Shown here piece after piece: positions 1 through 12,470 of a stretch of 64,000 bases of DNA. The stretch's first letter is position 1; each line of letters begins with the position of its first letter. The translations under genes were made by a program, and so were the position numbers. A model generated the notes under the pieces. The model saw nothing but the letters and a program-made list of their open reading frames with translations. It was not told where the DNA came from and searched no databases. Source of the stretch: the human T2T-CHM13v2.0 reference genome, Homo sapiens. The DNA lies in assembly GCF_009914755.1 (NCBI RefSeq), contig NC_060936.1. One strand, 5' to 3'.

Positions 1-150
1 TAATAAATATGTAGTGATAATTAGTTGGGGTTTTAATTTGTATTCTCCTAGTGACTAATGATGTTTACCATCTTTTCATGCGCTTTTTGCCATCCATATG
101 TCTTCTTTGGTAAAATGTCTGGTCAAATATTTTCTTCATTTTTGATTTTT
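1..150 (-). mobile_element. Old L1 (L1M) ORF2 3' fragment
   Basis: ttttaatttgtattctcctagtgactaatgatgtttaccatcttttcatg...tcttctttggtaaaatgtct matches the antisense of the L1 ORF2 C-terminal region; runs off the window start. Confidence 0.7.
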
Positions 151-1434
151 TAAATGAAGATTCATACTGAACAAATATAAAACATCACAACTTTAATCTG
201 CTTGAATAGAGAGCGTGAATCAGATCTTTAAAACATGATATGCTTATACTATCTAATCAGTTTATAATCATGGAAAAAACAGATTGGTAATAGTATAAAC
301 GAATAAATGATTTTACATTTTTATGGAAACCAGTGCATTAGCTAGTTAACTTAATCTTGTAGACAGATATACTAAGATTTCTACCTTGTTTGTTCCTTCA
401 ATGCAGTGACCAGCAATCCTGTATACTTATTTTACTAGTAACTAACAGAAGAGCTAGCACAATTTTTTAGATAAGCAAGTAGCTTCCTTTTATGTAATTA
501 ATAAGGTAATTGACTAAATAATTTTTAAAATTTATTTTTGAATCAACTACTATTGACAAAATATTGCTTCTGCTTTGATAAAGTGTAGAAATAAGAACAT
601 ATTATATGGATACTGACCCAACTCATAAAAGCTAGGTTACCAAAATACTTAGGCATTAAAACTCTTTTCTACTAACTTTTTCATAATGTTTATAAAATGT
701 CATGTTTGTGCCAATTCATGTCAAAAGTTCAGTGCATTATTTTTTGATAGACATTTTGTGTGTATTTTCTATTTCAGGGATGTGCATGTCACAAATGTCA
801 AGGATTTTAAAATGTAGGCGAATTTCTTTCTTTGAACACATTTTAAATTCAGACTGTCTTTCTTATTGCATGATTTTTTTCTGAAAATTTCTACTAAATT
901 GACGAAATTAAATTGATTTGTATTTATTTACAGTGTATAAATTCTACAATTTTAATAGAAATAGTAATACATAGATGCATAGCAATTAATATCTGCGTTT
1001 CAGAGTGCTAGTGTTGTGTAATTTGTACTGATCCAAAAAATATCACAACACAGGGAAAAAGCAATGTTTCATATATCAGATACCTAAACACATAATATGT
1101 ACAATTCTATATGCACAATACTAGTTTTAAGACATGTGAATAATTACATGCAGACCAAACTTCCAAGTTTGACAAGCCAAGTATGGTTTTAAAATGCAAG
1201 AATCTGAGTATGTATGTGTTTCTCTGTGTACACATGCTCATGATGGATACAAACAGACATATGGGAAAAATATTCTTACCCACTCCCTGCAACTCCTCTC
1301 TTTTTACTTTTTTCTTAAGAGATGAAACGTAGTACAGCTGAAATTCAAAATTTCCAGCAAGTTTGTTTTGTGAATCAATAATTCCTCCCATTTAAATTTT
1401 TGACTTTTTTTTTTCCATCAAATTGCTCTTGCAG

Positions 1435-1638
1435 GAGGAGAGGGCATAACTACGCAACAATCTTCAGAAAAACTTGGCATTGAATAAATCTTTATACTAT
1501 AATCCCATTGATGACCAGTGTTGATTCTGATGGTTTGGTTGAGTAAATGGGGGCCCTCTTCATCCCTTGATTAAAGGAAACATAGATTGATGACTTCCTC
1601 TCTTTGGTGGTCCTACTGAACTCTTGTTCAAACTCAAG
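1435..1638 (+). other. Candidate non-coding exon
   Basis: Branch-like TTGAC (1400-1404), long T tract, acceptor TTGCAG|G at 1434/1435 and donor AAG|GTGAGG at 1638/1639; stops in all three frames; no transcript evidence available. Confidence 0.25.
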
Positions 1639-2139
1639 GTGAGGTACAGATTTTATCTATTTTCTTAAAGCTTCCCTAGTTGCTTTAAGAATATGCTCTC
1701 TCTTAATACAAACTGCAATATTATCTTTATAATTATTACTAGTAACTACATCGTTAATCTAACTTTGCAGAAATGAAAAGTAAAAACAAAGCTTTTTCTC
1801 TTAGGGAGATGGAAAGTTCAGTCTAGTAGAAAGAAAAAAGTTCAAGAGTCTACCAGACAGAAAAAAAATCACTAAACAGCAACATAATAAGCACTGGGAG
1901 ATTTAGAACTTGAATGCAAATTTTGAGATTGGGATCAGGAAAGCTGAAACTGAAGTAGGAAACAGATAACATACCATAAAAAAACATCTTATCCAGGGCA
2001 ACCATATAGTTTATTTGACCCGATGTATTCCTGTTGGTAGTGACAAAACTATCAATTGCATCCCCTTTCACTCATAAAAGTGCCTAATTTGTGCAATAAA
2101 TTATAAAGTCACTGTTATTTAAGACTATCTTCTGATTTC

Positions 2140-2870
2140 TCTCTTTTTCCGGCAAGTAGTAAGGAGCATTTGAAATATGTTTAAAAGATACTGATAAGGT
2201 CAAATAACCACTTAGAAAAGCTAACCTGGCAATTGTTTGGAATATGACTTTCAAAGAGGTAAGACTGAGGTCAAGAAAACTAGTAAGGAGGGGCTAGGCA
2301 TGGTGGCTTACGCCTCTAAATCCAGCACTTTGGGAGGACAAGGTGGGTGGATCACCTGAGGTCGGGAGTTCGATATCAGCCTGGCCAACACTGTGAAACC
2401 TCATCTCTACTAAAAATATACACACACACGCACTAAGCCAGGCATAGTGGTGCACACTTGTAATCCCAGCTACTAAGGAGGCTGAGGCAGGTGAATTGCT
2501 TGAGCCCTGGAAGTGCAGTGAGCTGAGATCGCGCCATTGCACTCCAGCTTGGGTGACAGAGCAAGGCTGTCTCAAAAAAAAAAAAAAAAGTATTTAGGAA
2601 TTAAGTAACCATAGATTGAAAATGATGGAGAAAAAGAGGGAAGAAACAACTAGACACTAACTAAATGTTAAGCAGAAGAATAAACATGAGTATCTGAAAG
2701 TTTAGAAACAGAGAAAACTATAGGATATGTTCTCTAATGATGGAATGGCATAAATTAGATAAAGCATGAAATGTGTGTGGAACTTATTGTAATACACCTC
2801 TAGTAGAGTATTTTGGATATAAGTACACGATGACTTTAATGTTAGCATTAGGAAGCTTTAGCCTAGAGAG
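2140..2870 (-). mobile_element. L2 remnant interrupted by Alu
   Basis: ttagaaaagctaacctggcaattgtttggaatatg...aagactgaggtcaagaaaactagtaaggagg resembles antisense L2; highly diverged, boundaries approximate. Confidence 0.45.
2292..2589 (+). mobile_element. AluS element
   Basis: ggctaggcatggtggcttacgcc...ggatcacctgaggtcgggagttcg, dimeric structure, A tail; linker partly converted to (AC)n. Confidence 0.95.
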
Positions 2871-5545
2871 CAGAAGAAAGGCCTCGGATAATCAGGAGAT
2901 TGCCTGGACAGGACACCTCGTGGGGCACTGGGGGCAGACTGCCAGGTTCTGCAATCCAGGTATGAGCTGCCCAGTGAGTCAGGTTTCAGAGCCAGTTAAG
3001 TCAGAGCTGGAGCCTGGTAAACAATTCATTGTTGGGGCTAAAGTTTGAGAACAAGTTTAATATGCTGAGGGTACAATAGGTAACTGGGTTGAAGCTCAGG
3101 TCAGAGCAAAATCAAGGATTCCTCACTGGGGCAGGAAACCAAGGCTTGCAAAACTGAAAAGAAGAGATGCTTATTTATGGATAAAGCTGACAAATGGGTG
3201 GTTGAAAAACTGCTTCCTGACCAGAGAAGCTGAAAAAAAATGGCAAGGCAGAAGCAGGCAGAGGTCAGATAAAAACAGAAGAATGTTTACTCAGTGAAGT
3301 TAAATTTCACCCCTCAAAAAGTAAGCTGTTGAATGCTACTGATTAACACTATTTTGGGTTACACAACCAACTGTATCCAAACTCAGTCTATTCAAGGGGA
3401 GTGGGCTTTACCAGGACCATGATAATTTCATTTTTTTTACCTGCAAAACGTATAATTGAAAAACATGATGACAAAAATGAGATTATAAAATGTGTTGGCA
3501 GATATATGATAAAGTCTATGTGCTTTCATAGAATGTCAGAATAGTCTAACTCTTATTGCAATTAGTTTTTATTTTACATAGGTAGGTGCAAAAAGTTAAA
3601 CAGCTCTACTTGTCATACAATGTTACTATTTAGTGAAATAATTTATAACTTACTAAACATTTCTCTTCTGAAAGAATATTGTATCTTGTAACCATCCTTA
3701 TTGATTTTTTTCTTTAACAGCTCTTATATTTTTCAAAAATTTAATATTTTGTTCCCCCCCTTAAAATTTTATCTTTAAAATGGTGTGTTCTATTGAGTTA
3801 CAGTCACAGTTAATCAAAAAGAAGAAAATTGGGTGCTAAAAGTTATCAAGACACTAAGGTTTGGGAAATTAATAAATAGCAACATGGAATTTAAAGTTAA
3901 AAATGATTTTCAGTGTTATCTTTCTGAATCAAGCTAATTTGTCTAATTTTAGATATTTCCTTAAAACTAGGAAGTCCCATCATTATTTTTTAACTTATTT
4001 ATGTACTTAAATATTTGCTGCATATTTAATGTCGTACCTAAATGTATACCATCAAAATAGAGGCTGCCATCTTATTAAACTATACTATGAGAAAACAAAC
4101 AAAACAAAATGAAATATCACCCTCTGTACCACATTTGATGTAATCTGGAGATCATCTGTTTTAGAAATAACTATCTGCAGATTATGGTTCGGGAAGATTA
4201 CACATAAGGAATTGATATTTGAAAGAAAAATAAAGACAATAAATATGAATATAATTTGTAAAGAGTTAATACAATTAGTATTTGCAAAAAAGCAAATAAA
4301 GTTACTATATAATTCTGAGTTTTCATAAGTGACATAATTAACATGTCATTAAAGCTCATTGTTGGCTTCCATAGAAAATTATCTTGACATTGCATCTGTC
4401 CAGGCTAAATACAATTCATTTTACTATTTCCCATAACTTAGCTCTTACGGTTTTATGAAAGCATATGTAGTAGTTTCACCTCTGGCTCTACCCTGTGTTA
4501 TATACATCACAAACTCATTTAAATGGTGATATTAATGATTTGGGAAATCACTACAAATGGTTGGCAGCATCGTTGTCGTTAATGTCTCAAGGGAGCGATA
4601 CAAGGGAGTTTTATCAGCTTGAGGCTGAGGTATTTGATGAAGTAATAACAAACTAGCTCTGAATTGTCTTTCATTACCCTTTATCTCTCCTAGAGAGAAT
4701 ATAATCTTATTCAAATTATAATAGCCTCTGTTATCAATGAGCTTTACTATTTATTTACCTGCATCCAGACATGCAAATGCACACGCATTCTGCTTTTTCA
4801 ACCTACCTTTAATGAAATTTCTTCACTATCAGAATCATGCACAATCACAAATTATAAACTAGTTACTAGTATAATTTGCTAAGCATTAAAAAAACTCTAT
4901 TCATGCATTTAATATACTACCTTGATTAAAGGAGCAAAATCCTACCATTAGCGTTGAAATACAGTATATGCTAAACAACTTTTAAAATAGGATCACTACT
5001 TCAATTAGGAAGTAGTTGTGGCATATTTTGTTATTGTTTTGTCTTGTTTTTTTCCTCCAGCAAAATACTAAGTTAAATTGCATTGAGACTAACATAGGTT
5101 AGATGAAGAATTGTTAAATGAGATGGTACTTCTGCTCAAAGAGAGCACTTGATGTCTAGATATCTTTTTTTGCTTATTTATCTTTTTCATAACAATATTC
5201 TTTATATTTGCATAAGTTGGGTAATTTCAAAGAGCTTCCATACTCTTTAATAATTTTATCCTTTTATCCAATGTGTAAAGTAGGATAAACAAGTATAATT
5301 ATGAAGACCCAATGAATGGAAGAACTAAAAGTTGAAGAAGTGTTTTAATGTTGTGTAAAGAACATCAACAGTAGAGTCTCTGTCCCCAAGGCAGTCTTCT
5401 TTCCTCTTTGAAAAGTCTGCTTTAGACATTGAGTATAACTGTCTTTCTTGTCTCTTTTAACATATGTTGACTAACAATGAAAAAAAAAAGATTCTTATAA
5501 TGAAGTTAATGGTGGTTTGGAAACTAAGTCTTTTTTTTTCCAGTG

Positions 5546-5830
5546 GCTCATTTATACAACAAATATTTATTGACTATTTGCTTTGTGGCAGGTACTGTTC
5601 TAGATACAGGGGATAAGGCAGTGGATGTATACACCAGAAACTCTACCTTTATTCAGTTATAAAGGAGGTTATAAATGGGTAAGTACTATGGAAAAAATAA
5701 CATATAAAATCATATAGGGTAGATGGGGACTGACAAGTGTGGTTTTTAATATCAAAAAGTATTTTGAGGTAGGCCTCAATGAAATAGTAATAGACTAGAA
5801 GGAGATGAGGCAGTAAATCACCTTATAGAA
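5546..5830 (-). mobile_element. L2 3' end
   Basis: caacaaatatttattgactatttgctttgtggcaggtactgttctagatacaggggataaggcagtg is the typical antisense L2 3' terminus. Confidence 0.7.
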
Positions 5831-5879
5831 AAAAAATCAGATATTCATACGAATTACTTCCAATAATTTGTCATTTTCT

Positions 5880-6010
5880 ACTTTGCAAAATATTCCTGAT
5901 ATAGCATTAGATTTTATTCTCCAAATAACCTTATGAAATAGACAGAATAATTGTGACTATTTCCGTCTTATAGATGAGAAAACACATTTGAAGATGCTGA
6001 GTGTTATAAA
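5880..6010 (-). mobile_element. MIR fragment
   Basis: ataaccttatgaaatag...tatttccgtcttatagatgagaaaac matches the MIR core. Confidence 0.55.
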
Positions 6011-6224
6011 CAGCACCAGTATTAATTTTTCCCTTCCAGGCAATAACTTAACTGGTTTAATATTCTGCAGGCCAATGTACTAGCTTCATTTAAGATTCTT
6101 TCAAATTAATGAGACTTCCTAAAATTAAGATGTTAATATTATACTAGTCGATGACATCCACAAAGGTAGGATCATGTCTGTTTTATTCACTAATGATTTT
6201 TTTTTATTAAGCTCACTAATGTCC

Positions 6225-6590
6225 AGCCATGCTAACCATTTTTCTGGTTCTCAAATGCACTCATTTCTTTTACTCTCTTCTGCTTTCTCTGACTGGTAAA
6301 TACTTCAATACTTACTTGCACACTCTCTTTTTACATATTTGTATTCTCACAGCAGAACTTTATTTATAATTGCTGTTTACTCAGTTTCTCATATAGTAGG
6401 CATGCTATCATATGAGGCTCAATTCTCTTATCACGTATTGTTTATGTACTGTCTACCTTCTTCTCACTAGAGTAGGAGCTTCCTGAGAGCAGGAACACTG
6501 TCATTATCATCACAGTGGTGTTTTCAACTCTCAGAACTATCCAAAGCACGCTGTAAGCCCATGTATTGGTTGAGCTAATGAATGAATTAT
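6225..6590 (+). mobile_element. L2 3' end
   Basis: cactagagtaggagcttcctgagagcaggaacactgtc...tattggttgagctaatgaatgaat (L2 3' terminus with TGAA repeats). Confidence 0.65.
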
Positions 6591-6689
6591 AGCTATCAAC
6601 TCATCTTATGACTCCAAAATATGTTCTAAGCATTAATAATGACAGAAAGCATTTAGAATTAACACAAGTAACATTTGTTATATCAGGTA

Positions 6690-6830
6690 CTTTAATTAGC
6701 ATTACATTGTGTAAATAACATTACCGTTACCATTTTTCAGATCGGAAAAGTGAGGCACAGAGAGAGTGCCTCTACAGTCAGTAACTTGCAGTACCGATAT
6801 TTGAGTACATGATCTTAACCATTTCACTCT
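6690..6830 (-). mobile_element. MIR fragment
   Basis: ccatttttcagatcggaaaagtgaggcacagagag MIR core. Confidence 0.55.
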
Positions 6831-8729
6831 ATAAATTTCCTCCTTTATACATTATCTAAAAATATTATGAATATTTTCTTTCAGATTTTTCAACACATTG
6901 CACAAGTCTAGGGAGTATCATTTGTATAAATATTACATGAATATTGATAAGGTGAATAAATGCCCTTGGGTCAGGCAACATGAAGGTCATCGTTTTAGTC
7001 AGAATATCTTGAACAACTTATTGGTTTCCTCTAATTTTACTCTCTTCTGCCCTTTCTGACTAGTGAGTAGTTAAATATGTGCCCAAATACTCTTTCCCAT
7101 CAAAATCATAACACAAACATTGGTAATTGCTGCTAAGAAAACTAAAAAGTTTTCTAAGGTGTACATTTGTCTATGTTTTAAACTTAATAATTAGCAACTT
7201 TAATTTCAAAAGCATAAATATTCATTATCACAGATACTGGATGTGGGAGTGGGGAGGAGGACTTATGTAAGACTTTTCTCATACTATAAAAGATGAGCTC
7301 TTTCTCATTTGCCAGAATTTGGATAGAAGAAAGCATGTCATTGTCATGTAAGCTTCATGAGGATATATGCAATGGCATGCAACTCTGGGTCCTGCACCCT
7401 TATCCAGCGTTTGGGAAGCAGTGGAAGTGAGCAGTGCTTCTTAAGTCATCTATATCAGAGCTATTCAAAGTGGATTCTGCAGAGTATATAAGCAGGATGT
7501 TAAGAAGCATTATATAAAACAAAATTTCCATGCCAGACAAATTTAGAAAATGCACAAATACAGTTAATAAAGTATTATTTCTGAAAAATTCCTCAGATCT
7601 TGTAACATAACAACATGAGATGTAAGTACTCAAGAGGGGGTTATAGGTTGCAATGTTGCCCAAGTTAAACTGAAGTTAATATTGTCATTGATCATAAAAA
7701 AGGCATTATATGCCTTGGAGTTTATTTGGAATTGCTAATTATTCTGATTAGTAATGATTGGAAAATCATTTGCTTGTCTCATTCATTGGATATAAAAAGT
7801 GTACCTAGTATGGTTTTGATGGATAGAAGATAAATGGAGAGAACTGACCTGAAAGGATTTTGATACAAGGTTGTTGACTGTTCCTAAGGTAAGATTCTCT
7901 ATATTCAAATACAAGTGATATTAAATTGATATCATCTTAGAAAAAATGCCAAATGGATTAAGCTGTAGTTGAGGATTTTAAGACTGTTTCTAAAAACGTA
8001 TTTAAAAGGTCTTAATTGTACCTAGATACAAGTATTTATTTTACTAAATTTAAAAGATTTATAAAAAATCAGTATCAACTATAAAAAAGAATATGTATTC
8101 TTATAGACTCTATTTTCAGCTAAATGAAAAATTTAGTTTGTTTAGACTTGCATCATTCTAAGGACAAATACCATGTCTCAAATTTACATGTTGGTTCCTA
8201 GAAAGAAGTAGCATCAGAAATCCCAATCTTGCATAGTCAGCCTACAAAGTAGTAGAAAATGTCAGGATAAAATTTACTAGGTAAGTCTCTTCTTGGATCC
8301 CAGGTATGTGACAAAAAAAAGTCTGAACACAGAAGTATAAAATCAATTTTATAGAATTTTTAAGCCTTGGAAATGATGGGGATGATGCCAAATAAATGAA
8401 AGATCAAATGCCAAATGAATAAAAGATCAAATAAATGAAAGATCAATTCAGAATACTGTTACCTCCCACATTCTACCTGGCCTATAAGCAGGCCCATAGG
8501 CTTCCTTTAACAAATGCCCAGATCAAATGTCTTAAGGGACTTCTTTTCTTAGAATAGTAGGTGTGACCTCAAAAGTAATTAAACATAAATGATCCTTCCA
8601 GGAAGAATATTAAAGGGATTTAAGGTAGAAAGAAAAACATCGTGAAAGAAAGGGGAAACCACAGAGCTTGACCAAGTAGTTAATATAAATGTAGTGTTTG
8701 AGGATAATGTTTGGAGCATCTAAATAAAA

Positions 8730-9070
8730 ATAACTTTCTTATTTAGGAATTTGAAAAATAAATCTCATTGAAGTACAACACAAACAAATAAAAAATGTAT
8801 AAATCATTAATGCACAGTGAAATAAATCATCATTAAAAAGAACAAAGCCATTTAGCAAAAAACAGGTAAAGATTAAAACATTACTGATGCCACGGAAGCC
8901 CTCTTAAGCCCCTGCTAAATATGACCAGCCACCTTCATTTCAAAGGAAACATTGTAGATTTGTTTTGAAATTTACATAAATAAAATTATATACTATGCTT
9001 CTCTGTTTTCACTCAACATTATGAGATTCACCCACATTAGGCTATCAGGCAATTATTTTATTGATTGAAA
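8730..9070 (-). mobile_element. Very old L1 (L1ME-like) 3' UTR fragment
   Basis: Degenerate similarity, e.g. ttttcactcaacattatgagattcacccacat. Confidence 0.45.
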
Positions 9071-10059
9071 TTTTTTAAAAATAATTACAACCAGTTATGG
9101 CAAATCACAGAAAATAATTCTATAGGTTTCCACAAATTTAAGTCATGTTTATATTTGAGTAAATCAATGACTGTTATAATTTCAAATCTGGCTCTACTGA
9201 GTAACAACTAAATAAATGCAAATATTTGGCCTTCTAACTTAAACTGGACATAGAATAGAAATAAAATACTTGTGCCATAAGGTTATTGTGAAAATCCAAT
9301 GATTACGAATGCTTTATACAAAATTATAATAAAAATTAAATGCAATACCATATGAACACAGAAATTTTCACTTGTACGTAGGAAGTATGACTATAATGTA
9401 GAGAATAGGGTTTTTATGCGTGGTCTCCAGAATCCCGTTTGGTTCTCAGTCTTCTTCTGACCATGAGACCTTTTGAGTGTCTAGAGATCACCTACATTAG
9501 GATATTACCTACTCACTTGAAAATTTTTCATATTTACATATGCAACATATTGCCTTTAATTTCAGATTGTCAGAGACCACCTGAGGGAATTCCCAAATCT
9601 GTGATCCTAAGATTTAAAAAACAATAACTTTAGACTAATGCTTTGCAGATTTATCTTAACAAAACAAAAAAGTACTGATTAGAAAAATACTCATTCTTTT
9701 GTGGAGAGAAATATTACAGGGTCTTTTTTTACTTTCAAAAACAGGTGATAAGTAGGCAGAGAGTTTGCTTTCCTAGATAACTGAAATTAGACTGCAGAGA
9801 CCAAACAATGCTTGCCTTTGAGTAGATTCAGATTTACCTCCTAAATCCTTTCAAATTCCTTACTCTGTTCTAGTCCCCAGATGCAGCATTTTTCTTGGGA
9901 TGAAGTAATCTATGTATCCTCTCTGTCTCTCTCTCTCTCTCTCTTTCTCTCACTCTCTATCAATTTTAACTGATACTCTATTCTGACATGTAATTTGTGC
10001 AAAAGACTTCAGAAGTTCTTTTCAGATTTTTTCTCATTTTATCACTTAACCTTTTTGTT

Positions 10060-10640
10060 GTGAAAGTGCCAATACCAACTGGGGTTTGTTTGCAGCTAAC
10101 AGAACCTGCTCTATTGGATGCAGAAAGTTATTTGATAGAAGAAACGAAGTGCTAACAAGATCATTGGAAGTTCCGGAAAAGGAGACTGTTGATTGGGCCT
10201 ACTTGAATAATTTCAAAATCACATCACAGAATTGACCACTACTCTGCCTCTGACAAAATCAGGAAACTAAAGCAGGATGCTGCTCTCCCACATTCTGACT
10301 TTATGATCACGCAAACTCAGCTGGAATCTGGAGATCAGAAAACCACCACTACTGTTGCCAGTATGGAGAAGACACTGTGGGCTGTGATCCAAAAATAAAG
10401 ACGCTCCACCAGGATAAATAGTTCCACAGCTACACTTCACTAGCCAAACTGACGTTAGGCACCATTCTCTACTTAGGTTAGTTCTGAATTCAAATCTTAT
10501 ATGAGTATACCTGATTAATAGGACCAAAACACATCCAGAACTCTTGCTGCAAGGTAGTCCTGGAAATGCAGTCTGTAGCTTTTTATCTGTATAGTACATA
10601 AGGCAGAACACTAGGAAGTGGAACAGATGCTGAGCAAGAT
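10060..10640. mobile_element. Ancient MaLR/ERVL-type LTR remnant (MLT1/LTR33-like)
   Basis: gaattcaaatcttatatgagtatacctgatt...gctgcaaggtagtcctggaaatgcagtc resembles old MLT1/LTR33 motifs; subfamily uncertain. Confidence 0.45.
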
Positions 10641-12184
10641 AATCTACCTAATATGCCAAAGGCATCTAGCAGTAGTCAATCATGGCTTTGTGATTATTGA
10701 GATGTGATTATCACAGGAACATCAATACATCTCCAAATTAAAAAGAAAATAAGGTTATACTATATTTAAGCATCAGCACTATTATACAACAGCAAATGAA
10801 GAAAGGATATAGAACTGGAGTTACGCTTATTGACCCTTATACAGTGAATAATATAGATTGTTTGCAAAATCTTGCTGTACTGAAATTATTTTTACATTAA
10901 ATATTTTTTGAAATAAGGAAGCTCGAAATCAGCTGGTGGTTATCTTTTGCTTTGTTTTAAAAAATGTGTATGTGTGCATTCTGATAGCAGATAATACACT
11001 TTCTTAGCATTTTTTGTAACAGAATTTGATCTGCAACATTCCAGATGTCTAGAAAGACAATAAGAAAACAGCAAAAACATTCTTTATCTATTAATTCTTA
11101 TTTAATTATTATTTCTTATTTAATTAAACTTTTCTCTTACACAGTTAAGAAGAGTATTATTGTATTGGAAATGCTACATACTTTTTAAACCTTTGTCTCT
11201 ATAATACTCTATAATAGTGGTATCACAAATGCATTCTCTGGAAGCAGATGTTCTCTTTTTAACATACAAGATATCAGGTTTTTTTTTTTAATTTCTTTAA
11301 CTTTCAGATGGCTGTCAGGTTACTCTGAAGTCTAAAGAAACTACACTCAAATTAGTTTTTTAAAATTAATTTATGCCTAATAAAAATAATTCCAGTTATA
11401 ATCAGTAACTAGAAAACTTTCTGTAATCTAACGTGGCACAACCTAGGGAAAAATAAGTTAGCTATTGTCAAATGTAAGATGTCAGATGTATCCTTATCTC
11501 TTTCCTACATGAAGACTGAAAGAAAACCTGGTATTCTAATAGAGAAAATGTTTAGAACATTTCCATAGCAAATTGACCTTTATCCATCAAGCTTTGTTAC
11601 AAGGTGACAATAATTTGATATACCACCTCATTTAACATTGAATTTCACCCAACATAACTTGAAAAAGATAACATTTTAAACAACTTAAAACTACACATTT
11701 ATAGACATTGTTAAAGCAAGATTATAACAAAACCACAAACATTAAAAATATCTAAGGCGTAATGGAAGCTAAATGTATCCAAATCCTCAACTGTCAAAAA
11801 TATCTCTGCTTCTCTCACAATTGCAGAAAATTGAGCATGTCTTCTCACCTCTGCTCCTGTCTGCTCTGACTTTCAATGTTGACCCCATTTCTATCAGGGG
11901 ATCACTCACAATGGAAGACTCTGGCCAGTGGCTTGCAGGTTACTACTCCTGATCCCACCTCTAGTGATTTCCTCCCTGCCCATTTCTGGTGGGTCTCACT
12001 CACACAGAGAATCACTGGTCTTAGTGTGGGCGTGTGCAAGTACATGTGTGTGCAGATGTTTACATGCGTGTGTTGGGGAGGAGGTGTCAGAAAACAATGG
12101 AAATAACAAGAACTCTTTTTTTCCCCCACTGTTGTCATCATGTTTTTCAATTTCTCCCTGCTATTATCAGAAAATACCAGCAAC

Positions 12185-12422
12185 TCTGGCTAGGGAGTAA
12201 GAATATATGCCTGGATTGGAATTTAAGCTCCAGCATTTGCTAACTCTTTCTGCTGCACTAATCACAACATTCTGGAGCATCATAAAAGCTAGTTAGCCTT
12301 AAATAGGGTAAATGACTCCTACCCTCAAAGCTATTGTAAGAATTTCATAATTATTAATAACATATGTAAAAATGGCAAACCTCAAGGACCACAGAAAGTA
12401 GACTCAATAACATGTTAGTTCC
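12185..12422 (+). mobile_element. MIR
   Basis: aatttaagctccagcatttgctaact...cctaccctcaaagctattgtaagaatt...actcaataacatgttagtt. Confidence 0.6.
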
Positions 12423-12451
12423 CTTTCTCCAGCTATCACAGAACTGTATTT

Positions 12452-12470
12452 GCTCTCCCCCTAGTGGCCG
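12452..12470 (-). promoter_or_regulatory. CTCF core motif
   Basis: Minus strand reads CGGCCACTAGGGGGAGAGC versus the consensus TGGCCACCAGGGGGCGCTA; it is a GC-rich spot in AT-rich non-repeat DNA. Confidence 0.65.

Noticed and set aside
8400-8446. Triple TCF/LEF sites in the 23-bp duplication
   Set aside because: Copies read ATCAAAT or ATCAATT, lacking the G of the ATCAAAG core
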